DNA of 53,223 nucleotides, taken from IMG/VR virus record IMGVR_UViG_3300027566_000346, positions 1-53,223 of that record. One strand, 5' to 3'. Below are positions 28,487 to 37,694 of the stretch, piece by piece. The position numbers and the translations under genes are program-made. Within the stretch, counting starts at the first letter, position 1. Each line of letters opens with the position of its first letter. This DNA is from a virus (Duplodnaviria > Caudoviricetes). The notes under the pieces were generated by a model, which saw nothing but the letters and a program-made list of their open reading frames with translations, had not been told where the DNA came from and searched no databases.

Positions 28487-29206
28487 CTAATGTTTTAATA
28501 GGCTCAGTCTCTTTTCCAGATGACTGAGGGGGGTGGTTGTTTCTTGCGCAGGAATGTCCTTTTGCTGTTTTGGTTTATCAATGGGAAGCTTTTTAATCAG
28601 CGCATTAGTGACCGTCATTTTGTCAAAAATAAAAGCCGCACTTGGCGGCTTAGTTTCACTATCTTCTTTTTCATAAAGCACTTTGTCAGCAAATCCCAAC
28701 TCAACAGCTTTCCACGCATTAAACCAGCTTTCCGCATCCATCATGCGTGATATTTTGGCTCTTGCCAGTCCGGTTTTCAGTTCATAAGCATTGATGATGC
28801 TTTCTTTGACCTCCGAAAGCATGGCAATGCCACTTTCCAGGTCGGCCACTTCACCAATCACAACCGTCGCTGGATTGTGAATCATCATCATAGCTACCGG
28901 GGAAATGTAGACTTCATCTGCTGCCATAGCAATCACTGAAGCTGCACTGGCTGCAATCCCTCCAATTTTCACTGTGATATTTCCCGGATATTCTTTTAGC
29001 ATGGTGTAAATTTGACTTGCTGCGAACACATCACCTCCCGGAGAATTAAGCATTACAGTGACGTTACCCTCAGATGCATAAAGTTCTGCTTTAAACTGCT
29101 TAGGTGTGATCTCATCATCAAACCAGCTGTTTTCCGCAATGTATCCATCTAAATAGAGCGTTCTATCATTCTCGTTTTTAATCCAGTTCCAAAATCGTTT
29201 GTTCAA
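28487..29206 (-). CDS. ClpP-type prohead maturation protease
   Basis: NSPGGDVF, AASAASVIAMA, MMIHNP, GFAD. Confidence 0.93.
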   Translation of the reverse strand: MNKRFWNWIKNENDRTLYLDGYIAENSWFDDEITPKQFKAELYASEGNVTVMLNSPGGDVFAASQIYTMLKEYPGNITVKIGGIAASAASVIAMAADEVYISPVAMMMIHNPATVVIGEVADLESGIAMLSEVKESIINAYELKTGLARAKISRMMDAESWFNAWKAVELGFADKVLYEKEDSETKPPSAAFIFDKMTVTNALIKKLPIDKPKQQKDIPAQETTTPLSHLEKRLSLLKH

Positions 29207-29218
29207 GGTTTATTCCTC

Positions 29219-30442
29219 CTATCCACCTGTATTTTGATTTGCCCAAGTGCCTGCATGGGTGATGTCCACCATGTTTCCGTTGACTAGGTATTTATCACCG
29301 CCGCTGCCATTAGGCAGTTTGTTCATATCTTCAAGCTCTCTAATGTCATCGGCTGAGAGCCATCCGTTTTGTCTACCCACTGCGTAGCCCTGCATTCTAC
29401 TCTGGTAATCACCCCGAAGTAGCCCGTTAACATTAAACTTGGTAAAGTATTCTCTCTTTTCTGATGGCGAGAATAGGGCTCTATGAATTGCCTGCTCCCA
29501 CCGAATGACCCAGGGGTCAAGGGTATACATGACAAACTCCAGTGACTGCTGCTCAATGTTTGAAAAGCTGGACTTTTCAAGGTCACCTACCATGTGTGGA
29601 GGTACCCGGAAGATCCTAGCAATCTCATTGATTTGGAACTTTCGTGTTTCTAAAAATTGAGCTTGTTCCGGGGGAATACCGATACTTTGAAATTTCATCC
29701 CTTCTTCAAGCACTGCTACTCGGTGAGCATTACCGCTTCCTTGATAGACCGCGTTCCAGCTTTCTCTGATTCGGGCCGGGTCTTTCACAACTCCGGGATG
29801 TTCCAGAACCCCACCGGGATTGGCACCATTAGCGAAGAACTTCGCGCCGTATTCCTCGGTGGCAATGGCCATACCGATAGCATTTTTCGCCATGGCAATG
29901 GGTGAATACCCGACAATGCCATCAAACCCAAGGCCTGGTATGTGTAGGACCTCATCACTTCGGAGGGGGTAGATTACACCCTCTTTGTTGTAAAGGTAGT
30001 AAAGCTCTCCTTTTTCAGCGCGGTCCACTGTCATCTTATCCGGCATCAGGGGGTAAAGAGCGATCACCTTCCCTCTTCCATCTCGAATGATCTGGGCATA
30101 GGCATTTCCCCATAATAAAAGATGACCCATCAGTGTTTCTCGGAACACAAATGAAGTCATCTCGGGATTGGGCTCGCTATGCAATAAATAATAGAGCGGA
30201 TGGTCAATCGCCTTTTCCTTACCTCTATCAGTGTATCTGTAGGTGTGAACCGGCAATGACGCTATCGCTTCGGCCAGTACCCTCACACAGGCATAAACAG
30301 CGGTGGTTTGCATAGCGGTTCTTTCATTGACCGTTTTTCCACTGCTTGTGCTGCCAAAGAAAAAACTATATGTGTTCCCCCATAAGGTGTTTATCGGGCT
30401 GGCTCTTGGTTTTAATAATCCTGATAGGATCGGTATTTTCAT
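29219..30442 (-). CDS. Portal protein, HK97 family
   Basis: VYACV..LAE.IASLP, PNPEMT, IARIFRVPP, FSNIEQQ. Confidence 0.96.
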   Translation of the reverse strand: MKIPILSGLLKPRASPINTLWGNTYSFFFGSTSSGKTVNERTAMQTTAVYACVRVLAEAIASLPVHTYRYTDRGKEKAIDHPLYYLLHSEPNPEMTSFVFRETLMGHLLLWGNAYAQIIRDGRGKVIALYPLMPDKMTVDRAEKGELYYLYNKEGVIYPLRSDEVLHIPGLGFDGIVGYSPIAMAKNAIGMAIATEEYGAKFFANGANPGGVLEHPGVVKDPARIRESWNAVYQGSGNAHRVAVLEEGMKFQSIGIPPEQAQFLETRKFQINEIARIFRVPPHMVGDLEKSSFSNIEQQSLEFVMYTLDPWVIRWEQAIHRALFSPSEKREYFTKFNVNGLLRGDYQSRMQGYAVGRQNGWLSADDIRELEDMNKLPNGSGGDKYLVNGNMVDITHAGTWANQNTGG

Positions 30443-30653
30443 GATTCTACCTCCTGAAAATGGGCACAAAAAAACCGCACATATTGATGAGCGGTCAAAG
30501 CCTTTATTATTTTCTCCAGTTTCAAAACCTGATGTATATATTTACAGCGATTACTTTGTTGGTAGTGCAAATTAATGATTAAATAGTTATTCTAACATTT
30601 TATCTATTCACATATGTTTGAGCTAATAATTGATATCAAAGGAGAATAAACAA

Positions 30654-31289
30654 ATGACCCTAAGTAGTCATAAAGTCTATAAACTAGATAAGATTTTTAC
30701 GGAAGAGTATTTTTACTTAATGTTACCCAAACCTCCTGTTCTTAGAATTAGTAATTTGCAGGATTTTCTATCCCACTATAAAAAGCAGATTCAAAAGCAG
30801 GAAACATTTGAGAAGTTCTTAAATTTTAATGCTGAACAAATATATACAGCTGAATTTTTCTTTGGTGATAATCAGTTCTATAGAATATCTTGGAACATAG
30901 CAAAAGCAGAGGCGGTAATTATCGAAAACAATGTTCCTGTGGTTAAACTTGAACTTGAAAAGGTCTCTAATTCAATTTTCGAAAAAGATATAAATTTCAG
31001 TCACCTAGAAATTGCAAAACAAAATAACAAGCCAATCATTGCTGCATTCTACGAACCCACCCAAGAACTAATACCTATTGACGGCAATCATAGGGTCTAT
31101 GTTCGATTACAAGAAAATGAGAAAACAATTGATGCATATCTGTTGTCACCTCGAGGTCACATGCTTGCAATGTGTAGTGCCCTAGATCATCTTCTATACA
31201 TGTTTGCCCATAATCTAAACGTATTGGGTTGCTATGTTTGTGGCGAAATAGATTATGAAAGATTAGAGAGAGGAATGTATGTGTTATAA
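30654..31289 (+). CDS. Moron protein with ParB/Srx-like motif
   Basis: AAGGAG RBS; KPII...IPIDGNHRV; AT-rich, antisense to late genes. Confidence 0.65.
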   Translation: MTLSSHKVYKLDKIFTEEYFYLMLPKPPVLRISNLQDFLSHYKKQIQKQETFEKFLNFNAEQIYTAEFFFGDNQFYRISWNIAKAEAVIIENNVPVVKLELEKVSNSIFEKDINFSHLEIAKQNNKPIIAAFYEPTQELIPIDGNHRVYVRLQENEKTIDAYLLSPRGHMLAMCSALDHLLYMFAHNLNVLGCYVCGEIDYERLERGMYVL

Positions 31290-31317
31290 CCCATTACAAC
31301 ACATACATTCCTCTCTC
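31266..31317. repeat. Perfect 20-bp inverted repeat (12-nt spacer)
   Basis: GAGAGAGGAATGTATGTGTT ... AACACATACATTCCTCTCTC. Confidence 0.95.
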
Positions 31318-31407
31318 ATCATAAACGCTGGTCTTATTTTTATTCCTTATAGACCTATCCACCATAATAAGGGCAACAGCACCGTACATGCGCTAGGTGC
31401 TTTTTTT
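31294..31407 (-). pseudogene. Relic 3' end of a terminase large subunit gene
   Basis: Translates KKST*RMYGAVALIMVDRSIRNKNKTSVYDERGMYVL* versus TerL KEKSTERIDGAVATIMALDRTLRNQSNRSDSVYDERGLLIL*. Confidence 0.88.
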
Positions 31408-31493
31408 GATAATCACCAAATGATTAGTTTACAGTAACCTTAAAAATGACAGTGCTCAGCGGTCCATGATCTTTACAAAAGAAGCTTCCCATT

Positions 31494-31685
31494 TTAACGA
31501 CCAAACTTTGAAGTATGCTTTGCTTTTATCTTTGCAAGAGCATCCTGGCCACTTATTTTACCTTCAAGGTAGAGTGCTCCGATTTTTTGGGCATACAAGC
31601 TTGGTTTTAGTCCTTCAAATTCCATTGAAGCTTTCACGCTGGAAGCAATTCGTTTATTAGTAATCGTTGAAGCTTCATTTTTCAC
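31494..31685 (-). CDS. VbhA-family antitoxin-like protein
   Basis: ASMEFEGL = (S/T)xxxE(G/N) inhibitory motif; Y..GKIS; AAGGAG RBS. Confidence 0.75.
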   Translation of the reverse strand: MKNEASTITNKRIASSVKASMEFEGLKPSLYAQKIGALYLEGKISGQDALAKIKAKHTSKFGR

Positions 31686-31783
31686 CAATATCACTCCTTG
31701 GTATTATTACTATTATTTTATTTTGGATGAGTGGCAAAAAAGATGGTGTACAATTGCCATATCTGTCTGCGAAGAACTTCGTG

Positions 31784-32857
31784 CTATTCAGTATCTATAT
31801 TGGGCAGATCCATATTCCTAATATAGGCAGTATTTTTACCTGCACCAGTCTTAAATATATAGCCTTCTTTCAAAAGCGACGCCAAGGTTATCTCTACCGT
31901 CGATGTACTTATGTCAGGACATTTTTCCAAAATCATACGCTTCGACAGCTTTTGTAGGCTACTGTCAAACAGCTTGCGGATTCGCTCCGGCTTGGAAAGA
32001 CTGCGATTTTGCATCAATTCTACCCGCGCCGAAAACTCTTTGTAGGCATTTAATATGACCTCCAAGTAATACCTGACAAACGGCAGGTAAGAGTTCTTCC
32101 CTTCGTACCATTCAGCTGAGCTATCCAGTAGTACCTCGTAGTAGGTTTCCTTCGTTTTTTCAATAATCATCTCTATACTGATATACTTACCAACAATGTA
32201 CCCTGAACGGTACAGGAGCAGCAGGGTTAATAGACGGCTCATGCGTCCATTACCATCGTTAAAGGGATGAATGCAAAGAAAATCCAGAACGAACATGGGG
32301 ATCAAGAGCAATGGATCGTATTTTTCAGCGTTGATTGCATTTATAAAGGTGTCGGTCAGGCGATCAACAGCCTCAGGGGTTTCAAATGCCGTCAAGGGTT
32401 TAAAGCGTATTTTGCTTTGGCCGAATGTATCTGTTTCAGTGATAAGATTATCCGAATTTTTGAATTTACCACCGATAGACGACGGACTGAACTGGTACAG
32501 ATCTCTATGCAGCTGTAGTATTACATTGGTACGCGGTGCCATATAATCATAGCTTTCATGGATCAGTCTCAGCACTTCCCGATAACCAGCGATTTCGCGC
32601 TCGGAGCGGTTGCGCGGCTCCGCCTTAAGCTTTACCAAAGCATCCAAGCGCTCATCGGAAGTATAAATTCCTTCGATTCTATTGGAGGCCCCGGTACTTT
32701 GAATTATGGCAATTTCAAGCATGGCCTCTAATACATCGGCCTTCGCTTCAATAAACAGTTCTTGCTTCCCTTTATATTCATGAATTGCAGAGACCAGATT
32801 CATTAATTCATGGTTCATTAACCCACTCGGAATGGATGTGTAATCAAAATCCCTCAT
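31784..32857 (-). CDS. Fic-domain protein (class II) with C-terminal winged helix
   Basis: HPFNDGNGRMSR catalytic motif; N-terminal SNRIEG inhibitory motif. Confidence 0.93.
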   Translation of the reverse strand: MRDFDYTSIPSGLMNHELMNLVSAIHEYKGKQELFIEAKADVLEAMLEIAIIQSTGASNRIEGIYTSDERLDALVKLKAEPRNRSEREIAGYREVLRLIHESYDYMAPRTNVILQLHRDLYQFSPSSIGGKFKNSDNLITETDTFGQSKIRFKPLTAFETPEAVDRLTDTFINAINAEKYDPLLLIPMFVLDFLCIHPFNDGNGRMSRLLTLLLLYRSGYIVGKYISIEMIIEKTKETYYEVLLDSSAEWYEGKNSYLPFVRYYLEVILNAYKEFSARVELMQNRSLSKPERIRKLFDSSLQKLSKRMILEKCPDISTSTVEITLASLLKEGYIFKTGAGKNTAYIRNMDLPNIDTE

Positions 32858-32869
32858 CGCCAACACCCT

Positions 32870-33029
32870 TTCTGCCTAAAAAATTATGGTTCTGCACAAT
32901 ATTATCCATAAAATATGCAGAAGTCAATCAATTCATGGCAGAATAAAAGTTTTTCTTCCTACACAATCTAACGGTGTTCTGCATTTTTATATAATATTTT
33001 TGTGCATAACCAAGAAAAATAATGCAGAA
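32870..33029 (-). promoter_or_regulatory. Fic promoter with repeated TTCTGC/GCAGAA boxes
   Basis: TTGACT-N17-TAATAT at 32899-32927; six hexamer copies. Confidence 0.55.
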
Positions 33030-34589
33030 TCACAAAATTAACAATCCTCTTTCATCATATACAGAATCACTTCTATTACTTTGGTTTCGAAGCGTTCTAT
33101 CCAGTGCCATAATAGTAGCCACTGCACCGTCAATCCTTTCAGTAGACTTTTCCTTATCCGGTTTTATATTGCCGGCAGGGTCGGTCCTCACAAAAATGTT
33201 ATCCATCATCCAGCGCAGCACTGGATTACCTCCATGGGCAATCTTCTTCTCCAGGGTGAGTTTCATCAGTTCTTTTGAAGATGGGGACATATCTTTATAA
33301 CCTTGACCAAAGGGAACAACTGTAAATCCCATACCTTCAAGATTCTGTACCATTTGCACAGCACCCCAACGGTCAAAGGCTATTTCCTTGATATTGTAAA
33401 TAGTCGCTAGTTCCTCAATAAATGTTTCAATAAATCCATAGTGGACGACATTGCCTTCAGTGGTTTTAATATATCCTTGCTGCTCCCATACATCATAGGG
33501 AACATGATCACGCCTTACCCTTGTTTTTAGATTATTGTCTGGTATCCAAAAGTAAGGGAGGATTATAAATTTTTCATCTTCACTCCTGGCCGGAAAAACC
33601 AGCACAAAAGCTGTGATATCTGTGGTGCTGGAAAGGTCTAACCCTCCATAACACTCCCGCCCTCTTAGACTTTCTATATCAATATTAAAATCGCACTCAT
33701 CCCAAGCGTGCATTGGCATCCAACGGACTGATTGTTTCACCCATTGGTTAAGCCTTAGCTGACGAAATATATTCTCCTCGGCTGAATTCTCTCGGGCACT
33801 GTTATATGCATTTCTTACTTTTTCAATATCGATGGTATGTCCCAGCGAAGGATTGGCTCTATACCAATTTTGTTCATTGCCCCAATCATCATTATCATCA
33901 ATTCCATAAATAACAGGATAAAAGGTAGGATCAATTTTCCTACCTTCAATAATGTCCTGTGCCTTCTGATGCTGTTCATAACAGATAGAATTTCTATCGG
34001 TACCTGCGGTTGTTATTAAAAAAAATAGCGGTTGGAGTCTTGCATCACCGCTACCTTTGGTCATTACATCAAATAACTCTCTATTGGGCTGGGCATGAAG
34101 TTCATCAAATACCACAGCGTGAACATTCAGTCCATGTTTGGTGTAAGCTTCAGCTGATAACACTTGATAGAAGCTGTTTGTCGGTTTATATACTAGCCGC
34201 TTAACAGATATAATTGGCTTGATTCTTTTCTTCAGAGCCGGACACTGGTCAACCATATCAACCGCCACGTCAAATACAATGGATGCCTGCTGCCGGTCTG
34301 ATGCGCATCCATAAACTTCAGCGCCCCATTCGTTATCACCACAGGTCATAAGGAGCGCTACTGCGGCAGCAAGTTCGCTTTTACCGTTCTTTTTTGGTAT
34401 TTCTATATAGGCGGTGTTGTATTGGCGATAGCCGTTATCTTTAACTGTCCCGAATACATCCCGGATGATTTTATCCTGCCATGGGAGAAGATCAAAAGGT
34501 ACTCCCCTCCACTGCCCTTTGGTATGTTTTAAGTAATTAATGAAACTGGCGGCATGCTGTGCTTTTTTCTCATCATACAACCTTGCCAC
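33030..34589 (-). CDS. terL: Terminase large subunit
   Basis: LLPWQ, IPKKNGKS Walker A, VFDELH, ITTAG, GGLDLS, RIDG; exact start uncertain (about 34580-34592). Confidence 0.95.
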   Translation of the reverse strand: MARLYDEKKAQHAASFINYLKHTKGQWRGVPFDLLPWQDKIIRDVFGTVKDNGYRQYNTAYIEIPKKNGKSELAAAVALLMTCGDNEWGAEVYGCASDRQQASIVFDVAVDMVDQCPALKKRIKPIISVKRLVYKPTNSFYQVLSAEAYTKHGLNVHAVVFDELHAQPNRELFDVMTKGSGDARLQPLFFLITTAGTDRNSICYEQHQKAQDIIEGRKIDPTFYPVIYGIDDNDDWGNEQNWYRANPSLGHTIDIEKVRNAYNSARENSAEENIFRQLRLNQWVKQSVRWMPMHAWDECDFNIDIESLRGRECYGGLDLSSTTDITAFVLVFPARSEDEKFIILPYFWIPDNNLKTRVRRDHVPYDVWEQQGYIKTTEGNVVHYGFIETFIEELATIYNIKEIAFDRWGAVQMVQNLEGMGFTVVPFGQGYKDMSPSSKELMKLTLEKKIAHGGNPVLRWMMDNIFVRTDPAGNIKPDKEKSTERIDGAVATIMALDRTLRNQSNRSDSVYDERGLLIL

Positions 34590-35055
34590 CACCGTGAAAT
34601 AGAATGAATTCCATCGGGTCATCAGAATCATTCGACTTATCGGTAACAATTCTGCTTCTCGCAGATGGAGTGAGTCCAAACTGCTCACAGCATTTATTCA
34701 TAATCTTTAGATAGGTCTGAGCGATAGATACCTGTGGCACCTGTTGCCAGTATCCGGATGGGGTTTTCACAATCGTGCCATGCTTGGAGATAAACTCCTC
34801 AGCTTCTTTCCATCTTGCATAGGCTTGGCAATAACCTGCAAATGCAGCCATATCTACTTCTGTGAGAATGCCCAACTGTTCCAGCTGTTTAGCGATTCTG
34901 CGCCATTCCTTTTTGGCTTCAGCTTCAAGCCACATTGGACATTTGGGAGCTTTCTTCTCAGGCTTAGGCTCCTTTATATTGAGTTCTCTTTTACCGGGGT
35001 TGCCTTCCAGTACCTTTATTGCTGTAGGTATTGGTTTTCTTCCTCTTTGTGCCAT
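34573..35055 (-). CDS. terS: Terminase small subunit, P27 family
   Basis: GRKP.PT..KVLEGNPGKR, AKKEW, FGLTPSARSRI. Confidence 0.95.
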   Translation of the reverse strand: MAQRGRKPIPTAIKVLEGNPGKRELNIKEPKPEKKAPKCPMWLEAEAKKEWRRIAKQLEQLGILTEVDMAAFAGYCQAYARWKEAEEFISKHGTIVKTPSGYWQQVPQVSIAQTYLKIMNKCCEQFGLTPSARSRIVTDKSNDSDDPMEFILFHGGGKVV

Positions 35056-35087
35056 AGGTATCACCTCCTTTACAAAAAAATGGACAT

Positions 35088-35134
35088 AAAAAAACCTGCT
35101 AACAACTATTTATTGCACTTAGCAGGTTTCTTTT
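35088..35134. terminator. Intrinsic terminator, possibly bidirectional
   Basis: AAACCTGCTAA...TTAGCAGGTTT flanked by A and T tracts. Confidence 0.7.
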
Positions 35135-35178
35135 AATTGATTACTTATAAGAATATTTGAACTTTTTCATTTTTTGGG

Positions 35179-35607
35179 TTATAGGAATTTCTTTAACTGT
35201 TGGATATTGTCCTCTTCAAATTTAAGTAGCTTTTCCATAAGATCAGTAATGTCCTTTTCGGCTCCTGCATATTTCTTTAAGTTTTTGACAGCATCTATTA
35301 CACCCATATTACTTCCTAAAATTAACATTTCGGAAATATGAGAAGACGTTTTGTTGGTCAGAGTTTGCATGTTAATCATCATATAGGTTTTGATTTTTTC
35401 TAGTGTACTAAGCCCTTTTTCGTCATAACCATTGGTATTTAGTAAAGTCTCGGCTGTAGTATGGATTTCTTTATACCCATTATATTGAGCCTCTAAATGT
35501 CTTTTGAATTCATTATCCTCGGCAATCCCTATCAATTGTTTTATTGTATCTACGCCCATTTGAGAATTCTGATAGATAAAGTTTAATAGTTCTGCATTTC
35601 CATTCAT
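35179..35607 (-). CDS. Ferritin-like four-helix hypothetical protein (moron)
   Basis: GGAGGTG RBS; all-helical pattern; AT-rich. Confidence 0.6.
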   Translation of the reverse strand: MNGNAELLNFIYQNSQMGVDTIKQLIGIAEDNEFKRHLEAQYNGYKEIHTTAETLLNTNGYDEKGLSTLEKIKTYMMINMQTLTNKTSSHISEMLILGSNMGVIDAVKNLKKYAGAEKDITDLMEKLLKFEEDNIQQLKKFL

Positions 35608-35679
35608 ACTTATCACCTCCATAGGATAATTTACCCTATTTGATGCAAAGTATTATTAAGAAACCCCAAAATTGGTATC

Positions 35680-36420
35680 TTAATTTATTCTGCCTCCTCT
35701 AAACGCCCCGTTTCCCTCGAGGTTGGCAAGAAGTGTTTTCCTGGTAGCTTTGTACTCATCACCGATCATCCCCAGCCTTATAAGCCAGGTTCTGAAGGCA
35801 TACTTTTCATTATCTGTTTGACCAGGCTTACTTGAAGCGTGTTTTTGGGTCTTGGCATTTTCGTTAATAAGGGCTAGCAGATCGCTTACTGCCTTGATCT
35901 GTTCTGCAGAGGTTATTCTGAATTTGAAGGTGATAAGCTCCTGCTCAAAATCAAAGCTAATGCCTATACATTTATCACGTCCTGCTTCCAGCAGCAGCGC
36001 GTTGAAATCCTCCTTGGATTCAAGCTTATTCTTGTTTAGTAGCGTGACCAATCCCTCGTCTATCAGCATTTCTTCAATGTTGAGGGCTTTTTGTATCATG
36101 GTTTGTTTGCTGAAAATCATGTTCACCAGATTCCTCAGACTGGTTCCAGTGTGACCTGCCAGCGGGAGGCTTATCTCCACCGCATAAAAACCCTGTACGG
36201 CATCGCTAATATCTGTTTCTGTGTTTGCGGAATTATTGCTGGCAATGATTGAGTCCAGGTCAATTTGCCTGCCGCCTGCATCCTCTATGATTCCCTCTCT
36301 GGTAATCGTGTAGATCTCATCCCCCGTTTGAATCTGGTAGGCAAAAGTCGGTACACCCATGTACTTTGCCTTAGCCTCAAAATGCTGTTCCAAAACCTTA
36401 ATGATTTCCTTCTTGTCCAT
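35680..36420 (-). CDS. Amidoligase-related hypothetical ('virulence-related') phage protein
   Basis: NEKYAFRTWLIRLG.IGDEYK..RK.LL.NL.G..AFR, paralogous to the amidoligase C-terminus. Confidence 0.7.
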   Translation of the reverse strand: MDKKEIIKVLEQHFEAKAKYMGVPTFAYQIQTGDEIYTITREGIIEDAGGRQIDLDSIIASNNSANTETDISDAVQGFYAVEISLPLAGHTGTSLRNLVNMIFSKQTMIQKALNIEEMLIDEGLVTLLNKNKLESKEDFNALLLEAGRDKCIGISFDFEQELITFKFRITSAEQIKAVSDLLALINENAKTQKHASSKPGQTDNEKYAFRTWLIRLGMIGDEYKATRKTLLANLEGNGAFRGGRIN

Positions 36421-36429
36421 TCCTATGCA

Positions 36430-36484
36430 CCTCCTGTGTTTTTTGGTAGTACATACATCACTCTAAACACAAGTAATAGCAAGG
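36430..36484 (-). repeat. 55-bp promoter+RBS repeat, copy 1
   Basis: 52/55 identical to 37088..37142. Confidence 0.9.
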
Positions 36485-36575
36485 TTCATTGGAGATAAAT
36501 ATGCGCTTTCATTTTTAAGCAGAGAAAAGGAACCCATTGCCAGGTTCCTCATCAATATTAATTATGTTGTTGACC

Positions 36576-37079
36576 TTATTCCGTTAGAAGCTTGCTGGTA
36601 TCCGGCAGGTAAGCTGAGTACCTTGCGTAATAATAACCTTCGCCTTGTACCAGAATGCCATCTTGCTGGCCCTTCCCTTTTACAAGAATGCAATGCCAGT
36701 GTCCATCTGAATCTACGCACTGATAATTGACCATTTCCTCAATGAAATTGTAATCATCTAAAAGGTGCTGGGAGAACTTATCATATTCTTCAGGCTCAAG
36801 CTCTATAAGCTGTTCCACAATGCAGGGAACCTGATTTTGTTTATTGCCGGGTAGCCTTTTAAGCTCCTCAACATTAACTGCTTTTCTATGAAAATGTGCC
36901 GTGGTTCTCAGCATTCCGTCTCCTTCCGGTGCTGCTTTCCAAGCTTTAAAGTTCCGCTGCACTTCTTCAGTTTGGCAGCTGTCGCAAAGGCGTCCATCGT
37001 CGCAGGGTCGTTTGCCGGTAACCGGGTTTTCCTTGCAAAGTCCTGATTCATCTAAAAATCTACTCCATGTTTTTGCCAT
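36576..37079 (-). CDS. Cys-rich N-terminus plus DUF6329-like domain protein
   Basis: LLDDY.FI, HCILVKG....GILV.GEGY.YARYSAY. Confidence 0.65.
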   Translation of the reverse strand: MAKTWSRFLDESGLCKENPVTGKRPCDDGRLCDSCQTEEVQRNFKAWKAAPEGDGMLRTTAHFHRKAVNVEELKRLPGNKQNQVPCIVEQLIELEPEEYDKFSQHLLDDYNFIEEMVNYQCVDSDGHWHCILVKGKGQQDGILVQGEGYYYARYSAYLPDTSKLLTE

Positions 37080-37087
37080 TATTAATC

Positions 37088-37142
37088 CCTCCTGTGCTTT
37101 TTGGTAGTACATACATCACTCTAAGCACAGGTAATAGCAAGG
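37088..37142 (-). repeat. 55-bp promoter+RBS repeat, copy 2
   Basis: 52/55 identical to 36430..36484. Confidence 0.9.
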
Positions 37143-37153
37143 CTTTTAAGCTT

Positions 37154-37624
37154 TTACTCCTGATAGTTATTGAAAGCCAGGCGTTCCCCTTCCACAGAAT
37201 TGCTGACCGCTTTGCGCAGTATTTCCTCATCAAATCCAGCCAACTTGTATCCCTCCAAAATGACGCTGTAATAATAACAGCCTGGCGAACCCAACGGTCT
37301 GCCTTCATTCATAATATATACCATAGCCTTGATTTGCTTTCCGTTTAGCCTTATCTTTAATTCTTCCTTGTGGTAAAGAAAAGGCCAGCCCTCATAACGG
37401 TCGAGAGCAGCAACATCTGCCGGGGCAACCTCCCAAATTAGCACAGGAACTTTTTCATCTTTGGCTGGTTCAATCGTTGCCACCGCTGAGTCATGGCCGC
37501 CTCGGAACAAAAGATGATAGTTTTCTATAACCGATTCTCCAACCACAGTGGCAGTAGGACATCGCCCGGACATCTGCTTCAGGTTGAGATTGGAACCGTA
37601 GGATGCGTAATATGTTTTATCCAT
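37154..37624 (-). CDS. Gamma-glutamylcyclotransferase (AIG2-like)
   Basis: YGSNL...QM..RCP, LDRYEG.P..Y. Confidence 0.9.
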   Translation of the reverse strand: MDKTYYASYGSNLNLKQMSGRCPTATVVGESVIENYHLLFRGGHDSAVATIEPAKDEKVPVLIWEVAPADVAALDRYEGWPFLYHKEELKIRLNGKQIKAMVYIMNEGRPLGSPGCYYYSVILEGYKLAGFDEEILRKAVSNSVEGERLAFNNYQE

Positions 37625-37694
37625 GCAGGGTTTCCTCCTTTGCATAATGCCGTGTTAGCCCAGGGTTTTCGCCCTGGGGCTCTGTTCTGTTTAT

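Noticed and set aside
31378-31407. AGCACC/GGTGCT stem plus T7 as a + strand terminator
   Set aside because: Short stem with a large loop lying within the terL relic; explained by former coding sequence
35620-35670. Sporulation-sigma promoter for the ferritin-like gene
   Set aside because: A -10-like GGGTAAATTA is present but no matching -35 at the expected spacing
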